From: Podarcis tiliguerta
Lineage: Eukaryota
Direction: 5' to 3' (one strand)
Length of the DNA stretch: 64,000 nucleotides
Assembly (NCBI GenBank): GCA_965153285.1
Contig: OZ229115.1
Positions within the stretch are counted from its first letter, which is position 1; the number at the start of each line of letters is the position of its first letter. Positions 13,790-26,548 of the stretch are shown in pieces. The position numbers were made by a program, and so were the translations under genes. The notes beneath the pieces were generated by a model. It was not told where the DNA came from. It worked only from the letters and a program-made list of their open reading frames with translations, and searched no databases.

Positions 13790-14150
13790 AGCATTCCACA
13801 AGTGGAGACTCACCATAGAAAAGGCCCATTCTCATGTTGCCACCCTTTGGACTTCTCATAGAAGAGGCACACAAAGTAGGGCCTCAGATGATGATCGCAT
13901 CAATTCATATGGAGGAGACCGTCCTTGAAGTATTGCAATCCTGAGCCGTTTAAAGCTTTATAAGTTAAAATCAGCACTTTGAACTGGACCCAGAAACTAA
14001 TTGACAGCTTTTGCAGTCAGGCCAGGATTGGCGTTATATGCTCAAATTGTCTTGTTCTATTGAGCAACCTGACCACTGAATTCTGATCTGCTGAAGTTTC
14101 CGAACCATCTTCAGAGGCAGCCCCACGTATAATGTACTGCAGTAAATCGC
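13790..14150 (-). mobile_element. Decayed L2-like LINE 3' ORF2 fragment
   Basis: Homologous to 420-930; recalled L2 antisense motifs. Ends about 95 nt before exon 4. Confidence 0.55.
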
Positions 14151-14243
14151 TCTTCCCCTAATGCAAGCTCAAGGAAGAGTCCATATTTAAACAACAGAAC
14201 TAGTTCTTTTGTCTTATTAATTTTACTATTGCATTCATTTTAG

Positions 14244-14350
14244 GTTTGATGGAAACTTTAACACTAATGTGTCTAGAACAATCAGCTGCGATAGACTGTC
14301 TACCACTGTGAATAGCCGAGCGTTCAATCCTGGCCGTGACTTAAACTCTG
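14244..14350 (+). CDS. CACHD1: CACHD1 exon 4 (107 nt)
   Basis: tttag|G TTT GAT...TCT G|gtaagt; FDGNFNTNVSRTISCDRLSTTVNSRAFNPGRDLNS. Confidence 0.95.
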
Positions 14351-15359
14351 GTAAGTAATGCATACTTGAGCATGTAACTTCTGCCTTTTGCTGCAGAAAA
14401 CCAGCGTCCAGCACCACAGCAACTGCGTTTTATCTGATGCTGCCACACTGTTTTTAATTTCCAGAACTGAATGAGAGGAATACGTTTTCCTGCAATGATG
14501 TTGATATTCCAATATACCATGTAATTGATAGGACTTTATATCAAACTTAATTTGTTTTCTGTGTAGCCATCTGCCCTGGCATCAGTAATGTCAGTTCTTC
14601 ATAGTGACATTACAAAGGGGCCTCTTTGATCTTTTGAGTTCATCTAACGTAGAGGTTCTGCAGCAAACTGGCATTAACTATGATTTATGAAGATGCCCTG
14701 AAATACTTCGTTTCTTTGATGTGCTGTGGGGTTTCTATACTGGGGATTGACCCATTTGCTTGGCACGTTATAAAGCTGGAGGTGTGGTTGCTGTCTAAGA
14801 CTGCAAGACTTTTCACAAGAGATTGAGCCTTCGGTTAACACTACTTTCTTAGCATTGTTTTCAAATGGAAATAAATTAGCTTTACTGTTTAGAAAAGGGG
14901 TTGGGGTGGGGAGAAATCTTTTGTCATCCAGCGGTATATGTGGTTTTTTTTTTTTTTTTTTTAATAGCATGGGAGGGTTCTGATTTGACTTAAACTCCTT
15001 TGCCACCCCCACCCCCCCAGAAATGAAAGGTACAGATTAAGGGGCTGTAGAGGTCAAAACGAAGGTGTGTGTGTGGGTTTATAGGAGATGTGCAGTACAG
15101 ATATAGGAGTGTGTGTGTATTATATCAGTAATGTAGGGGGTGCAGGTGTGTGATTTTTTTTACTGGAGAGGACTTTGTCCTACATTTTAAATGGAAAAGG
15201 ACCATCTCAGGAGAAGCTGCTGTGATTGTAACAAGCAGGGATCACTCTTCAGTTAGCAATTGCACTTTCTTTTCCTTGTTACTTCTTCTCCACCCATTTC
15301 CTCTCATTGTCAGTCCTACAACTGATGATTTTGGAATGCTTGGAGTAAAGACAGGTGCA

Positions 15360-15530
15360 ATTTGGTCCAACATCCAGCAATGCAGGAATCTCAACTAGAT
15401 CATACATGATAAATGGCCATCCAACTTCTGCTTACAAACCTCCAAGGAGGGAGACTTCACTACCTTTCCAAGGGGGTCTGTTCCACTCTAGAACAGCTCT
15501 TACTGTCAGAAAGTTTTTCCTGGTGTGTGG
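15360..15530 (-). mobile_element. CR1 3' region fragment
   Basis: Same motifs as 41415-41565 (GCAATGCAGGAATCTC, GGCCATCCAAC, CCTCCAAGGA, AACAGCTCTTACTGTCAG). Confidence 0.75.
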
Positions 15531-15593
15531 AATGGTATATGCTGGCATGGCTTCACAGCTGAAGGAACATACTCGTGAAACTTGTATTTTTAT

Positions 15594-15734
15594 ATAGTGT
15601 ATCTTGATTTCAGCAAGGCTTTTGACAAAGTTCCCCATTATATTCTTGTGGAAAAGCTGGTAAAATGTGGGTGGCCTTGTGGGGGTTTGGATTAGATGAC
15701 CTGGGGGTCTCTTCCAACTCTACATTTCTATGAT
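15594..15734 (+). mobile_element. CR1 RT fragment joined to CR1 3' terminus
   Basis: 15594-15671 translates IVYLDFSKAFDKVPHYILVEKLVKCG (RT motif). It is followed directly by GGATTAGATGACC...TTCCAACTCTACATTTCTATGAT. Confidence 0.8.
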
Positions 15735-18700
15735 ACCAGCATATCAAATACTAATTCAAGCCATTGGCCTTCCCTCGCTCACTTGCTGCTGTTACATCTT
15801 TCTCTAGCTGGGGGGGGGGGGATAGCAGTGCACTGAAGCAGGCTGCCTGAGATGGAACCTGCACAGCCTTCTTTTGTGTTTATTTCATTAACTTTTTCCA
15901 GGTAGAGGAGGTGGCACCAATGGTAGCGAGAGAAAGGGCAGAGTGCAGGGGGATGCATGACCGATTGCCTGAACAAGTATTCAGCTTGCTGGTATGAACA
16001 CCTGTCCATTCCACTGAGAAGCCAGGAAAGATCTGCCATGAATTCTGATTTTAATTCACATCTGTCTTCACCTTTAGTTCATTTGCTGCTGTGTGGATAT
16101 AGAGATTCTTCATAGACCCACTGCCATGTAGCTGATCCTTCCCGGGTGAACTCTTCACTGTTGGTGGCTGTGTATTCTCAAAGGAGAGCTATCGCTGCTG
16201 TCACTGCCATAATAGGCCGCTATATCTGGTTCTCCTCTTGTTGGTTTAATATGGTAGAATGCAGGAAGAGATATCCTAGGAGAGGTTATGCACCTTTTGA
16301 AATGCCTTTCAGCTGTCCCAGGAATCATCCATGCTACATACACTACAGCTTTGAGCTGAAAAGGTGGTTGAATGTTAACGAACATAAAAGGCAAATGTGG
16401 CTGGTTTCCTTTCCTTCCCTTTTCCTTTTCTGGCTGTCTGATTTATCCCTTGTGGGCCATGTGGGTTTCCATTTACAATGAATAATTATTATTTTGAGTT
16501 TAAGTCAGGAATCATATAAATGAAGATATGGTATTAAAGAAAACACCCAGCCAGATTTTAAATTTAGGCCCCTAATGTTCTTTAGGGAATTGCAGCATAG
16601 CTATAAAAGAATGCTGGTGCTGATGATTCTCTTCCCTATATATGCCAGGGAGTGTCATGTAGGAGCTCACTTTTTTGTGAGTTTAGACTATAACCCTTTG
16701 CACTTCCTGGAAAAACAAACAAACAGTAAAGCTTCCAGCAAATTAAGGCGAAACATTACAAAACTACTCATCATTACTGATCTGTTTTGTTAAGGGATCG
16801 GGTCTGTAGAAACTCTTGAATAATGTGGTTTCTATCCAAATAGACAGATTATTCCTGATACCTAAACAGGTTTGCAGTTGATTGTAGCCTCAAAAGCCTT
16901 TCTTCCTTATCTTCATCTTCAGAAAGTTCTGATAGTTCTTTTCCTCCAGCTTGTTAGTTCGTTCTGCCTTCCCTAGGGAGAGCTGCCAATTTTGCCATAA
17001 CCCTGTGCTTATTTTTCTATGACCACAGTGTACAATCTTCCGTGAGATAAGCAGGGACTACTTCAGCTGAAAAAATAAGCTTTCTACACCCCCCCCCCTG
17101 CTTTCAGGTATCCTTTTATTTTTCATCCAGTAAAGCTGCAAGAATTCCCTGCTGAGATTTCTTAGTTTCTTCCTTGCTACAAGCCCTAAGAGGTGTACTT
17201 TGGGGGTCTCCTTTTATCTTCATTCCAAGTCTTTTACTCTTTAAAATACTTTCCTTTTATGCCATGTTCCTATGTGAGGCTTGCTAAGATGGCATCCATT
17301 GTATATATCCTAGCATTTAAGCTAAGTAAGCAGGTATCTCTCCTGTTTCTGGTGCCCAGATAGATTTATTTAAAGCACAGTAGCATTGTTTCACAATGCA
17401 TTGTTCCATTTATTGAGTTTAGCAAAAAATAACCACATTCCTGCTAACACATTCTCCCTACTAACTCCTATCCTAGAAAGAATGACCAATCACTTTTGTA
17501 AAATTCTGCCATTCTGGAGCTGTGGTGCTTTTCCTGCAGAGTTGCAGCGAGCTATTTAAAAGGGATCCTGAAAAACTTTTTGTGGAGGTAATCGGGTTTT
17601 CTGGAAGAGTACTTAAAAGTGCCTTACTTCTAAGATTAGGAGCACCTGGAATTTGCAAGCCTGCTTTTCACGACTTTTTGGCTCCTCTGTTTATATCTCC
17701 CCCCCCCCTTTAAACCAATGTGTATTTATATAGCTGCTAAGCAGGGATCATTCCTGCATTTGATAAAATAAGCTTATATGCGAAAGCTTAGGCGCTGCAA
17801 AACTCTTTCCTTGCCCCCCCCCCCCCGCTCCTGCCCAGGAGTTAGGTAAAAATATTTGCCGCATGCCCAGTAGCCGTCTTTTTATTCAGGGTTGAATCTT
17901 GGCACTGTGAAAAGGCAAAACCCTGAGGTCATCTCTTTAAGTGCCGGGTGTCCAGTAGATTTTAGCTACAGGCTCGGGTGTGAACATTTAAGAGAGGCAT
18001 ACTGACAATGCATGACTTTGGTGCAAGGTTTGCAAAATCCCGCACAAAGCACTTATTAGTTCTTCCTGATTAAAAATTACCTTAAAGGCGTGAAGCACGT
18101 AACAGGAGACGGGCCCCTTGTGGAGACAATCTTAAAAAACTTCAGAGAGAATGCCAAAATGATAACGCTTGGCACTTATGGATAACACTTGCAAGATATA
18201 AAGCGTATTGGAATCATTAACTAATTAATCTTCAAACATACTAAAAATGGAACATGATTACTCATTATGTAACAGTTACTTTAATAAGTCACATATTGAG
18301 TATTAAAGTTGAGTGCCTTAGGCTAGAATGAGAGCAGCACCCTTTCCACATTATATATGTAATATGGCAATCCTCTGTTGGAAGCTAAAAATAGATTCTC
18401 TCTCACCTCTCCCCCCCCCCTTATGTCAGTTTCCTCAACTGTGCCTTATGTGTTTTAGGCATCCTGAGGAATGGGGCGTTGAGAGGCAGGAATGTCACTT
18501 AATGCACATCTAAAGTTCTTTAAGAAAGCGTTGGGGGACCCAACCAGCCAGATGGGTGGGATATAAATAATTAAATTATTACGATGGGATAAAAACCTCA
18601 ATCTGGATCAAATGTTTTGCAGTGCAACTTCTTTTATTGTACAGTTAAATTTCAGGTAATAAAAACAGCAAATTTAAAAAGTGTTCTCTCTACTGCTAGT

Positions 18701-19094
18701 GATAACGATTTCCCACTGTAAAATTCCCATATTTTATCGTCTTTTATCATTGCATAGTGCACGCCATCAATTGACACACACTGTTGTTTGGACAAAGCTT
18801 GCCTCCTTTTGAAAATCAGTCTGTGTTTATTGATGGTTTTCTTTTTAACAGCTCTATATAGCACTGCCTAAAAAGCTAACAATATGAAAGTATGACCCAA
18901 TTACAATTCAGTATCATTGTTGCTCATCATAGCACCAGACCCAGTCAGTTTTGCTAACTACGCAAAAACAGTAAAAGTTCAGACTTAAAGTGAAACTTTT
19001 GTTGTTGTTGTTGCCTTGTGCCAAATAACTAGCTTTAGCCAAGTACAAATACATTGTAATTTTTCAAGCTTTTCATTGCAGTAGAAGAGATGTA

Positions 19095-19266
19095 CTGTAT
19101 TGACCTGAATATAAGCCACACTTTCCCCACAAATTTCAACTGTGAAAAGTGCAGCTTATATCCGCAACCTTACGGTATGCACCCAGGACAACTTATATTC
19201 AGGTATTTTTCTTTTCTTTTCCCCCCTCCAATTTTTCAGGAGCGGCTTATATTCGTGCCAATACAG
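19095..19266. mobile_element. Tc2-like MITE (older)
   Basis: TIRs CTGTATTGACCTGAATATAAGCC...GGCTTATATTCGTGCCAATACAG; TA on both sides. Confidence 0.75.
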
Positions 19267-19291
19267 TATGTGAATCTAGTGTCCCTTCGGG

Positions 19292-19414
19292 TAAGGTTAC
19301 CAGATGTCCCCGTTTCCCGGGGACAGTCCCCAGATTTACAAATCAGTCCCCATACAAAATCCATTGAAGTTGAAAAGTGTCCCCGGATTCGTTGACAGAA
19401 ATCTTGTACCCTTA
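19292..19414. mobile_element. hAT (Tip100-like) MITE
   Basis: TIRs TAAGGTTACCAGAT...ATCTTGTACCCTTA; 8-bp TSD CCTTCGGG/CCTTAGGG; internal GTCCCC repeats. Confidence 0.75.
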
Positions 19415-19672
19415 CCTTAGGGGAGAGTTTCAATTTGTTCTCTTGCCTGCAAGAGACTTTATTCATGACTGCCTCTTTTCTCTGCCCAGATTCTTTGCTG
19501 AAGTGCAAACTGGGAGTATTGTTTGTGTGTCTGACAATAGTAATGTGGGCCTCAGTTCTTCCCTAAGTTTCATAGGTTTTTTTCAATGTTTGTGCTTTGA
19601 TCCTAAAGTTGGGAGCGTGGAGACTACTGTGCAGATGAACCCTGGCTTCATGTCTATTGATTTAAAGCAGTT

Positions 19673-19875
19673 CCATAGTTCAGTGAATTGAGTACATGTA
19701 TTGCATGTGTAAGGTTCCTGATTCAATCTCTTGGCATCTCCAGTTATGAAGGCGTTCAGGTAGCAGAACTGAGAAGGACCTTTGTGGAGGCCCCTGTAGA
19801 GCTAGTGTCAATCAGAGCAGATGGAGCTGGCCCACATGTACCAAAAGGTTTACTTGGCTTTGATAATCAGAGCTG
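19673..19875 (+). mobile_element. tRNA-derived SINE (Squam2-like), diverged
   Basis: CCATAGTTCAGTG...TTGCATG...GATTCAATCTCTTGGCATCTCCAG resembles a tRNA-Ala head; related copy at 40376-40490. Confidence 0.6.
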
Positions 19876-22800
19876 GATTGAATGTTCGCATTTCTACTGC
19901 AGAAAAATATCCCTCTGGTACCTGAAATCCCAGATTGCTTAGCTCTGTTCGCCCGTGTTCTGCTATTTCTTCCCAAATCAGCAGGAGTTTTTTCTCATGG
20001 CTTTTTGCATGCAGACAACATTATTCCAGAAACTGGAACACATAATCAGCTTGGCAGCATCATGGTGATTACATATATGTGATATATGTGATTACATGGT
20101 GCACATATGATATATGTGATTACATGATGCCACCACAAAACCAGTTCCGATTGAGGGCAGTGCTTCCAGCCCTCATTCTGAATGGACAAAATATTTTCAC
20201 CCCTGTTTCTAGTTCCTCAAAATTCACTGAAAGGTGAGGTGCTTTTCACAGCTGGCAAGTGTTCACAAATGAAGCTTTCTCCCTGTGCTCTCCCTTAGTA
20301 AATAAATGTTATGGTGTATTGGGGAGCAAAACCTGTGTTTACGTGCTTAATGATCAGGGCTGGTGCCTGGCTGGCCTGGCAGCCAGGAAGCTGGTGAGTG
20401 AGTGGTGCAAAGGTTTCAGCAAGATAAATCTGCTGGCAAGGCTCAGCACAGAGCAATTACTCCAGCAGACAGGTTTCTTAAATGTTGGGAGCAAATCCTG
20501 AGTCAGCAATTGGGCAAGGCCAGCAGGGCTCCTTTTGATTGCCCAGGTCCCCTGATCCAGCTGGGCCATCAAGTTGCAGAATACCTTCCAGCTGCTGTGC
20601 AGAGTGGTGCTGCAAAGCAGCGAGGATCAGCCAGCAACTCTCTCTGTGGTGGTCCAGGGAGTAAGGTGCCCGGGCAATTCTGTCAACTGATTTGCTCTCA
20701 GCTGGCTGCTGACTTACAAAAATGAGGCTTAATAGTTTACGTTGCATATTAGTCAATAGTAGTCAATCTGCTTTGGAAGGTAGGGGAACCCCCAGAACAA
20801 ATTTAGGAGGGAGCAGAGGGAGAGAATGTTCCACAGGACTATGAGATATCATTGAGCTCATGGAACATCCTCCTTAGCACTGCATTGAATACAATGCCTA
20901 GGAAGCATCAAATGATGTCATGTAGAGTTTCAGAATTGGCTGCACAATGCAGCTACTAACCCAGATTTCTTTCTGCCCTGGAACTGTATGATTGAGATGG
21001 TGCTATATATTGGCCTCCTGCTGTTCTCATCTAGCAGTGAAGATCACTTGTGTGGTTCCGCTTTGGAAGCCTGATACCATACCAAAAAAATCTGGTCCAT
21101 TTCTTACTGTTAGCTTTAACAATGCCCATCCACTGCCTAACAGATAATAAAAGCTTTCAGAGCCTTCAGGGCATGTGTGTAGCTCTAAATCATTGTTCCT
21201 ATGTTTTTATATTTTTATATTTGCATTTTGAAAACTGGCACCTGGAGTTTGCAAGTTTCATTGGGAGATGTTTGTATTCGAGGACGCTTGGTCCTTCCTT
21301 TAAAAAAAAGTCTATTCAGTAACGTTAACTTAGTATTGGTAGATTTGTTTGTTTAGGTTTAGCTGGGAACAGCCTTATCAGGGGTATACTGCAGTTCTCC
21401 TGTTTCCCTCCCAATCTGTTTTTCTTTAAAAAAAAAAATCCCCAAAAATGTAATTTAGCATAAGGAGCTGACATAGAGCTGGTGTTCTGACTTATTTGGT
21501 AAAATGTGTCTAACAGCTGTTTCTTCTCCAAGCTTAAATACCGCCTTAAAAATTCAAGTCTCACTCCATAAATTAAAAATCTGCACTTGAAAAGCTGTCT
21601 ATTTGAATAATTAAGAAAGTGCAGTCTGGGAGAGTAAGTGAGCATAGTCTAGTAACTTGAACTTGCAGCTAGGAGCAAATTCCCCAAGGCTTATATTACT
21701 TGCTTGGCTGCTTCACTCACTTTGAGCTTTTGGATAAGTTACTGCATTTCTCTGCACACAGCTCCATATTTGTAAGATGAGAACAATCCTGCCTCATCTG
21801 TGCGTTTGTGAAGGCGCTTTGAATGGAGTCGTGGTGGGGAGTCCTGGTATCTGCACCGTATTAGTACTATTCTCTTCATACTACACAGGCTTATCTAATA
21901 TTAAGACTTTTTTTATTCTATATAAGAAAGAGCATTTAGTATTTGTGGATTGTTTGAAGCTGAGGCTCACAGTCATGAAATAAAACCGGTTACTTAGAGC
22001 AGGGAAGTTTGCCTTCGTAGAAAAAGCAAAGCTAAGAGGTTTAAGGAAGAGCAGCATAGGTCCTGTTCTGTGAATTTTGGAGAAAGATTTGTGTTCAGGG
22101 AAAGAACAAGCATGGTAACTGTTAAAATGTGGCAGAGGAAGGAAAAGGAAGAGAAGCGTCATACAGTGAAAATATGTATTGTTGTAAACACGCTCTTAAA
22201 ATGATATAATTAACTCAGTGGAATAGAACAAGTTGAGTTTACAGTGAAGTCTCATTATATCATGGGTTAAGTGAGGCTTGCATGTGCTGGGAAGCATGGA
22301 AACAGTGTGAAGGAATGGGACCTGCTACAAAACGTTGCAGCATATCTTCACAACTTTCCCCCACCCACCTGAAAAACACCAGGAGAGAACTTCTGGTCAG
22401 GGTTTCAGTCAGCCATGTTTCTTCTGTACCAGAGATGGGAAACTTGTGGCTTTCCAGAAGATATTGTTAGATTCCAGTTCCCATCACCAGCATGGTCAGG
22501 AATGAGTCTGCTGAGCCAGACCAAGGAGGATGTCATGAGCACCTTTGGAGAGTTCTGGCAGGAAGACAGGGCTGGAACCAGGCCTTGGGGGCAGGGCCTT
22601 CTCCCAACTAGGGCAATATGCTGTTGCTGCTTCGACTTTGGCACTAGTTACCACACTTCACTGGGCTCCTAGACAGCTTCAGTGATGGATGGGTGGTGGG
22701 ACATTTGAATGAATGTTAAGCTTTGCTCTCATCCATGCTGACTGCCCGCCATCTTAAATTACTCAAAATCAATAGGTCTGTAGTTCTACCTGGACTATAG

Positions 22801-23594
22801 ATTTCATAGCTCTGTGGGGCTGAGGTATGCTTTGGGTAGCATAAAATGGTGGGTGGCCACCACTGAAAGGAGCAGAGCTTGGCTCCCATTCAAAAGCTGA
22901 ACTGCTACCCAGCTCCGGAAAGCTTTTGTGGGGACCGACCAAGGGACCCTTCCTTATGTAGGATCACCATTGACTTCTACATTTGTTTTTGGCTATTTGC
23001 CTTGAAATGTTTATTAAGTTCTAATGTTTCACTTATTTTACTATAGCACAGCTTCATGGTTAGTCCATATGTAGAAATCCTATTGTAGTGGTATATACAA
23101 TGTAAGGCGCATTTACTGTATACAGTCCACCAAGGCTATTTCGTTCAGGAAAAATACATATATCCTATTTTACCCTTTGGCCCAAAGGTTCCCTGGCCGG
23201 TAACAAAAATCCGAAGTTGCAAACACTTCCACAGCTATTCATCTCAACAAGTACCATAGGTCTGAGGAAATGCCTGGGATGCTTACTTTGCTGGTTTGTG
23301 GACACATTGCAGAATTGAGGGTGGCATGTAGCCTTGCCTAAATTTGCCTAAAGTGTTAGGAGTGAAAAATGTCTGGTTTTGGGGGAGGTGTCCGAAAACA
23401 TGTTGGTTAAAAAATGAAAATACAGTAGAGCGTTGATAGTGGGCATTCTTACAATTATATACTCTGTAAAAAAAAGCATTCTCTTTTGATTTCAGTCACG
23501 TTAATGTTACTTTAAAGAAACAATTAACCTGTTATTTTAAATCATTCTTCTGATTATAATACCATTCATTCACCTTCTCTCTTTTTTTAAATAG

Positions 23595-23721
23595 TACTTG
23601 CTGACAATCTGAAGTCCAACCCAGGAATTAAATGGCAGTACTTTAGTTCAGAAGAAGGCATTTTTACTGTGTTTCCAGCTCACAAATTTCGATGTAAGGG
23701 CAATTACGAGCACCGCAGCAG
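23595..23721 (+). CDS. CACHD1: CACHD1 exon 5 (127 nt)
   Basis: atag|TA CTT...AGC AG|gtatgg; (V)LADNLKSNPGIKWQYFSSEEGIFTVFPAHKFRCKGNYEHRS(R). Confidence 0.95.
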
Positions 23722-26077
23722 GTATGGTTTTATAGATTTTTTTTATTTTTCAAAAAACAAAATCTGAACAGAAAATATATCATGGGTGATTTTATTCGAT
23801 ATAATTTGTAGGCTGCCCTCCATTATGAATGTTTTATCAGTAAGGATGGTAATATAATAATCTGACCATACCCTGTGAACTTTTAATACACTCAAACAGG
23901 CGTGATGAAAATATGGATTTTAAGTGGGTTTCAGCACATGGTGAAGTTGTAGCGTGATTACTGCCTCAGGTGCTCAAACTCTAGCTCAACAGACATTCAG
24001 TGTGCCAGTGCTCAGCTGATTGCAGCTCTACAGTGGAACTGAAGATTTCAAATAGGGTGACACAAGCTGGTTGCTCGCGAAACAATTATATGGCTGTTTC
24101 ACAGTGAGCTAAACAGTTTACTGGAATACTTAATCCCGATTGCCAACATAATAGTTCAGTCTTTTGAACCATTCCCCATTAACATCTTCACTTAAAAAAA
24201 TAAAAATAAAAATCTCACTCTAAAATATTAACAGAGCTTTTCTCCAAGAAGTATTAAAATCAAGAAGGCTGAAAGAGCTTTCCAGAAAGGATGGTTATCT
24301 CCTTGCTACACACAACACTCACATACTTTGAGATTGCTATATAGCAGAAGCTTAATAGGCTGCTGCCAAACCAGAAAGGTGTGGCAAGTGAAGTTCCATT
24401 ATTCAATTAAATTGAATGAGTGAGGAAGTATTCAATTGCAAATGCTGGAAGGGACTGAAGATTTCTAGATTAAGAAGTCTGTCAGCAGTCAAATGCCCTG
24501 ATCCAGCAAAAGCTGGATCTACTTGCAGAAACAGGTTCCTTGTGTTCCATGTGCAAGGATGTAAGAGAAGTTTATTGGGAAGAAAAGTAACCAATATGAA
24601 CGTAAGAATGGAGCTGGATGAAGCCAAGTGGCCCATCTAGACCCTGCACTTTTCTTCCGGCTCAGTGTTCTTGCCATGGTTACAAACTTCATTTGACATT
24701 CTAGTGGTTTTAAAATTTGCCTCTTTTATTGCTTTATCACATGAATTCTGGGAATTGTAGTTCTACGAGAATACAAATTACCTCTTAGATAGGTTTGTCC
24801 CATTAATAGAAAGGTAATTTTCAGAGCTGCTTCAGAAGTATCATTGATAGGCATGTATTTGTGGCATTTTTATTCCACTCATTTGAATGGATGTTTGCAT
24901 GTAAGCTTTGCATGTCCACTATGTGTTTTAAAGATCCTAGATATTAATACTGTACCAGTGTATGGCTGTAGGTTGTTTTAATATTAAGAGCTGATGATGC
25001 CAACAAGTATAATCTAATGCTTATATAATTTTTTTCTGAATTCCTTTTTCCTGTAATAAGAATTATCTGGGAGTCTTTGATATAGTAATATTTAGACACA
25101 AAGATCTTTTGTTTATGCCAGAGAGTCTTTGGTCTTGACAAATGGAGAGGTGGAACAGGGTGTGTATGTTCCTGTTTTGTCTTTTTAATTTCCTTTGTCG
25201 GGATTCCTTTGTCAAGATTTTCAAACCTCAGTGGAAAAAACAACAACCTTGTTTTAGTCAAACCCTTCTCAACATGCAAGTACTCTGCTCCCTTAATAGA
25301 CCTGACAAAGACTTCCTTTTAATAGTATGCAGAGATAAGAAAGTCTTGCAGATTATTGACCTTTATGAATGAATTACATTCTAGGGCATTAATAGGAAAG
25401 ACTATCATGGCAAGAGACTTTGTCTGATGATCATAAACCCAAGCCTAATGCACTAATGCAATTTTACACAGTTTGCCTTTTTCCCTACATGCTAGCTGTA
25501 CTGTGCTGTAATAATTTATCCAGCTGCTTAGCAGTCACTGCATCAGCTGATATAGATGTAAACCGGTTCAGACCTCATGCTTTCAGTGCAGAACAGGGAT
25601 TCTTTGTTGAAACAAGTTCTGCATGATGTAAACATCATAATTGGTTGGACTATTACTAAATGATGGATTTAAAATTAGATACCCAAGGCTTACTCAGATA
25701 ACCCAGTATAATTTTTCCTTTTGCATTCAAAAATTAGACTTGCACACAGTGTTTGTGTACCATTCACACAGTTGCACAGCAGACTCTCAGGGGAAGCTAA
25801 TTCACTTTTAATGCTTGAAATCTTTATCATGGTTTGTCCTCTCAAAAGTCTCATCAGGTAAGGTCACTGTTATTCCAGTGTTTATAAATATTTGGGGAGA
25901 ATTTTGCCCAAGGCTGCCAAACAAGTCAGCCAAACAAGTCAGCCGCTAAACTGGGATTTGCTGAACCAAAAATAAGCACATGAAAGAAGTAAAGATAGCA
26001 TCCGTATCAGCTCTCAAAACATGTTCCAATCATTGTCTAAGAGCTCTTTAATATGGTGCCTTTTGCAGTTCTTTTCA

Positions 26078-26312
26078 CAGTGTGATGTAGTGGTTAGAAT
26101 GTTGGGACCAGGACCTGGGAAACCAGGGTTCAAATCCTCACCTGGCCATGAAGTTCACTTAGGTGACCTTTGGCCAGTCACTGCCTCTCAGCCTAACCTA
26201 CCTCACAGGGTTGTTGTACGGATTAAATGAGGAAAGGAAGAACCATGTACACCACCTTGAGAGCTCCTTGTGGGGGGAGAGGTGGGGTGTAAATGCAATA
26301 AATATATAAATA
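26078..26312 (+). mobile_element. tRNA-derived SINE (Squam3/CORE-like), near full length, about 90 nt upstream of exon 6
   Basis: A-box TGATGTAGTGG, B-box GGTTCAAATCC, core GGTGACCTTTGGCCAGTCAC...CTCAGCCTAACCTACCTCACAGGGTTGTTG, (TAAA)-type tail. Confidence 0.8.
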
Positions 26313-26403
26313 TTTAAAATACCAAGGAGTGCCTTCCAATGAATTCTTCTTCAGTTTTGTTCGGAGTTTCTGCGCATCTTCCTAACTTCTTTTTCAATTT
26401 CAG

Positions 26404-26548
26404 GCCTGTCTACGTCTCTACAGTCAGACCTCAGTCTAAACACATAGTTGTCATTGTGGACCACGGGGCTTCCGTTACAGAGACACAGCTCCAAATTGCT
26501 AAGGATGCATCCCAAGTTATTCTCAACTCAATAGATGAACATGATAAA
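26404..26548 (+). CDS. CACHD1: CACHD1 exon 6 (145 nt), start of VWA domain with variant MIDAS DHGAS
   Basis: ttcag|G CCT...GAT AAA|gtgagt; PVYVSTVRPQSKHIVVIVDHGASVTETQLQIAKDASQVILNSIDEHDK. Confidence 0.96.

Noticed and set aside
13459-13928. Overlapping ORFs of 74-125 aa
   Set aside because: They arise from the TG microsatellite and an L2 remnant, and are low-complexity translations.
13371-15530. Inverted CR1 ends flanking exon 4 as a circRNA-promoting pair
   Set aside because: The complementary overlap is only about 25 nt with mismatches, too weak to support pairing.
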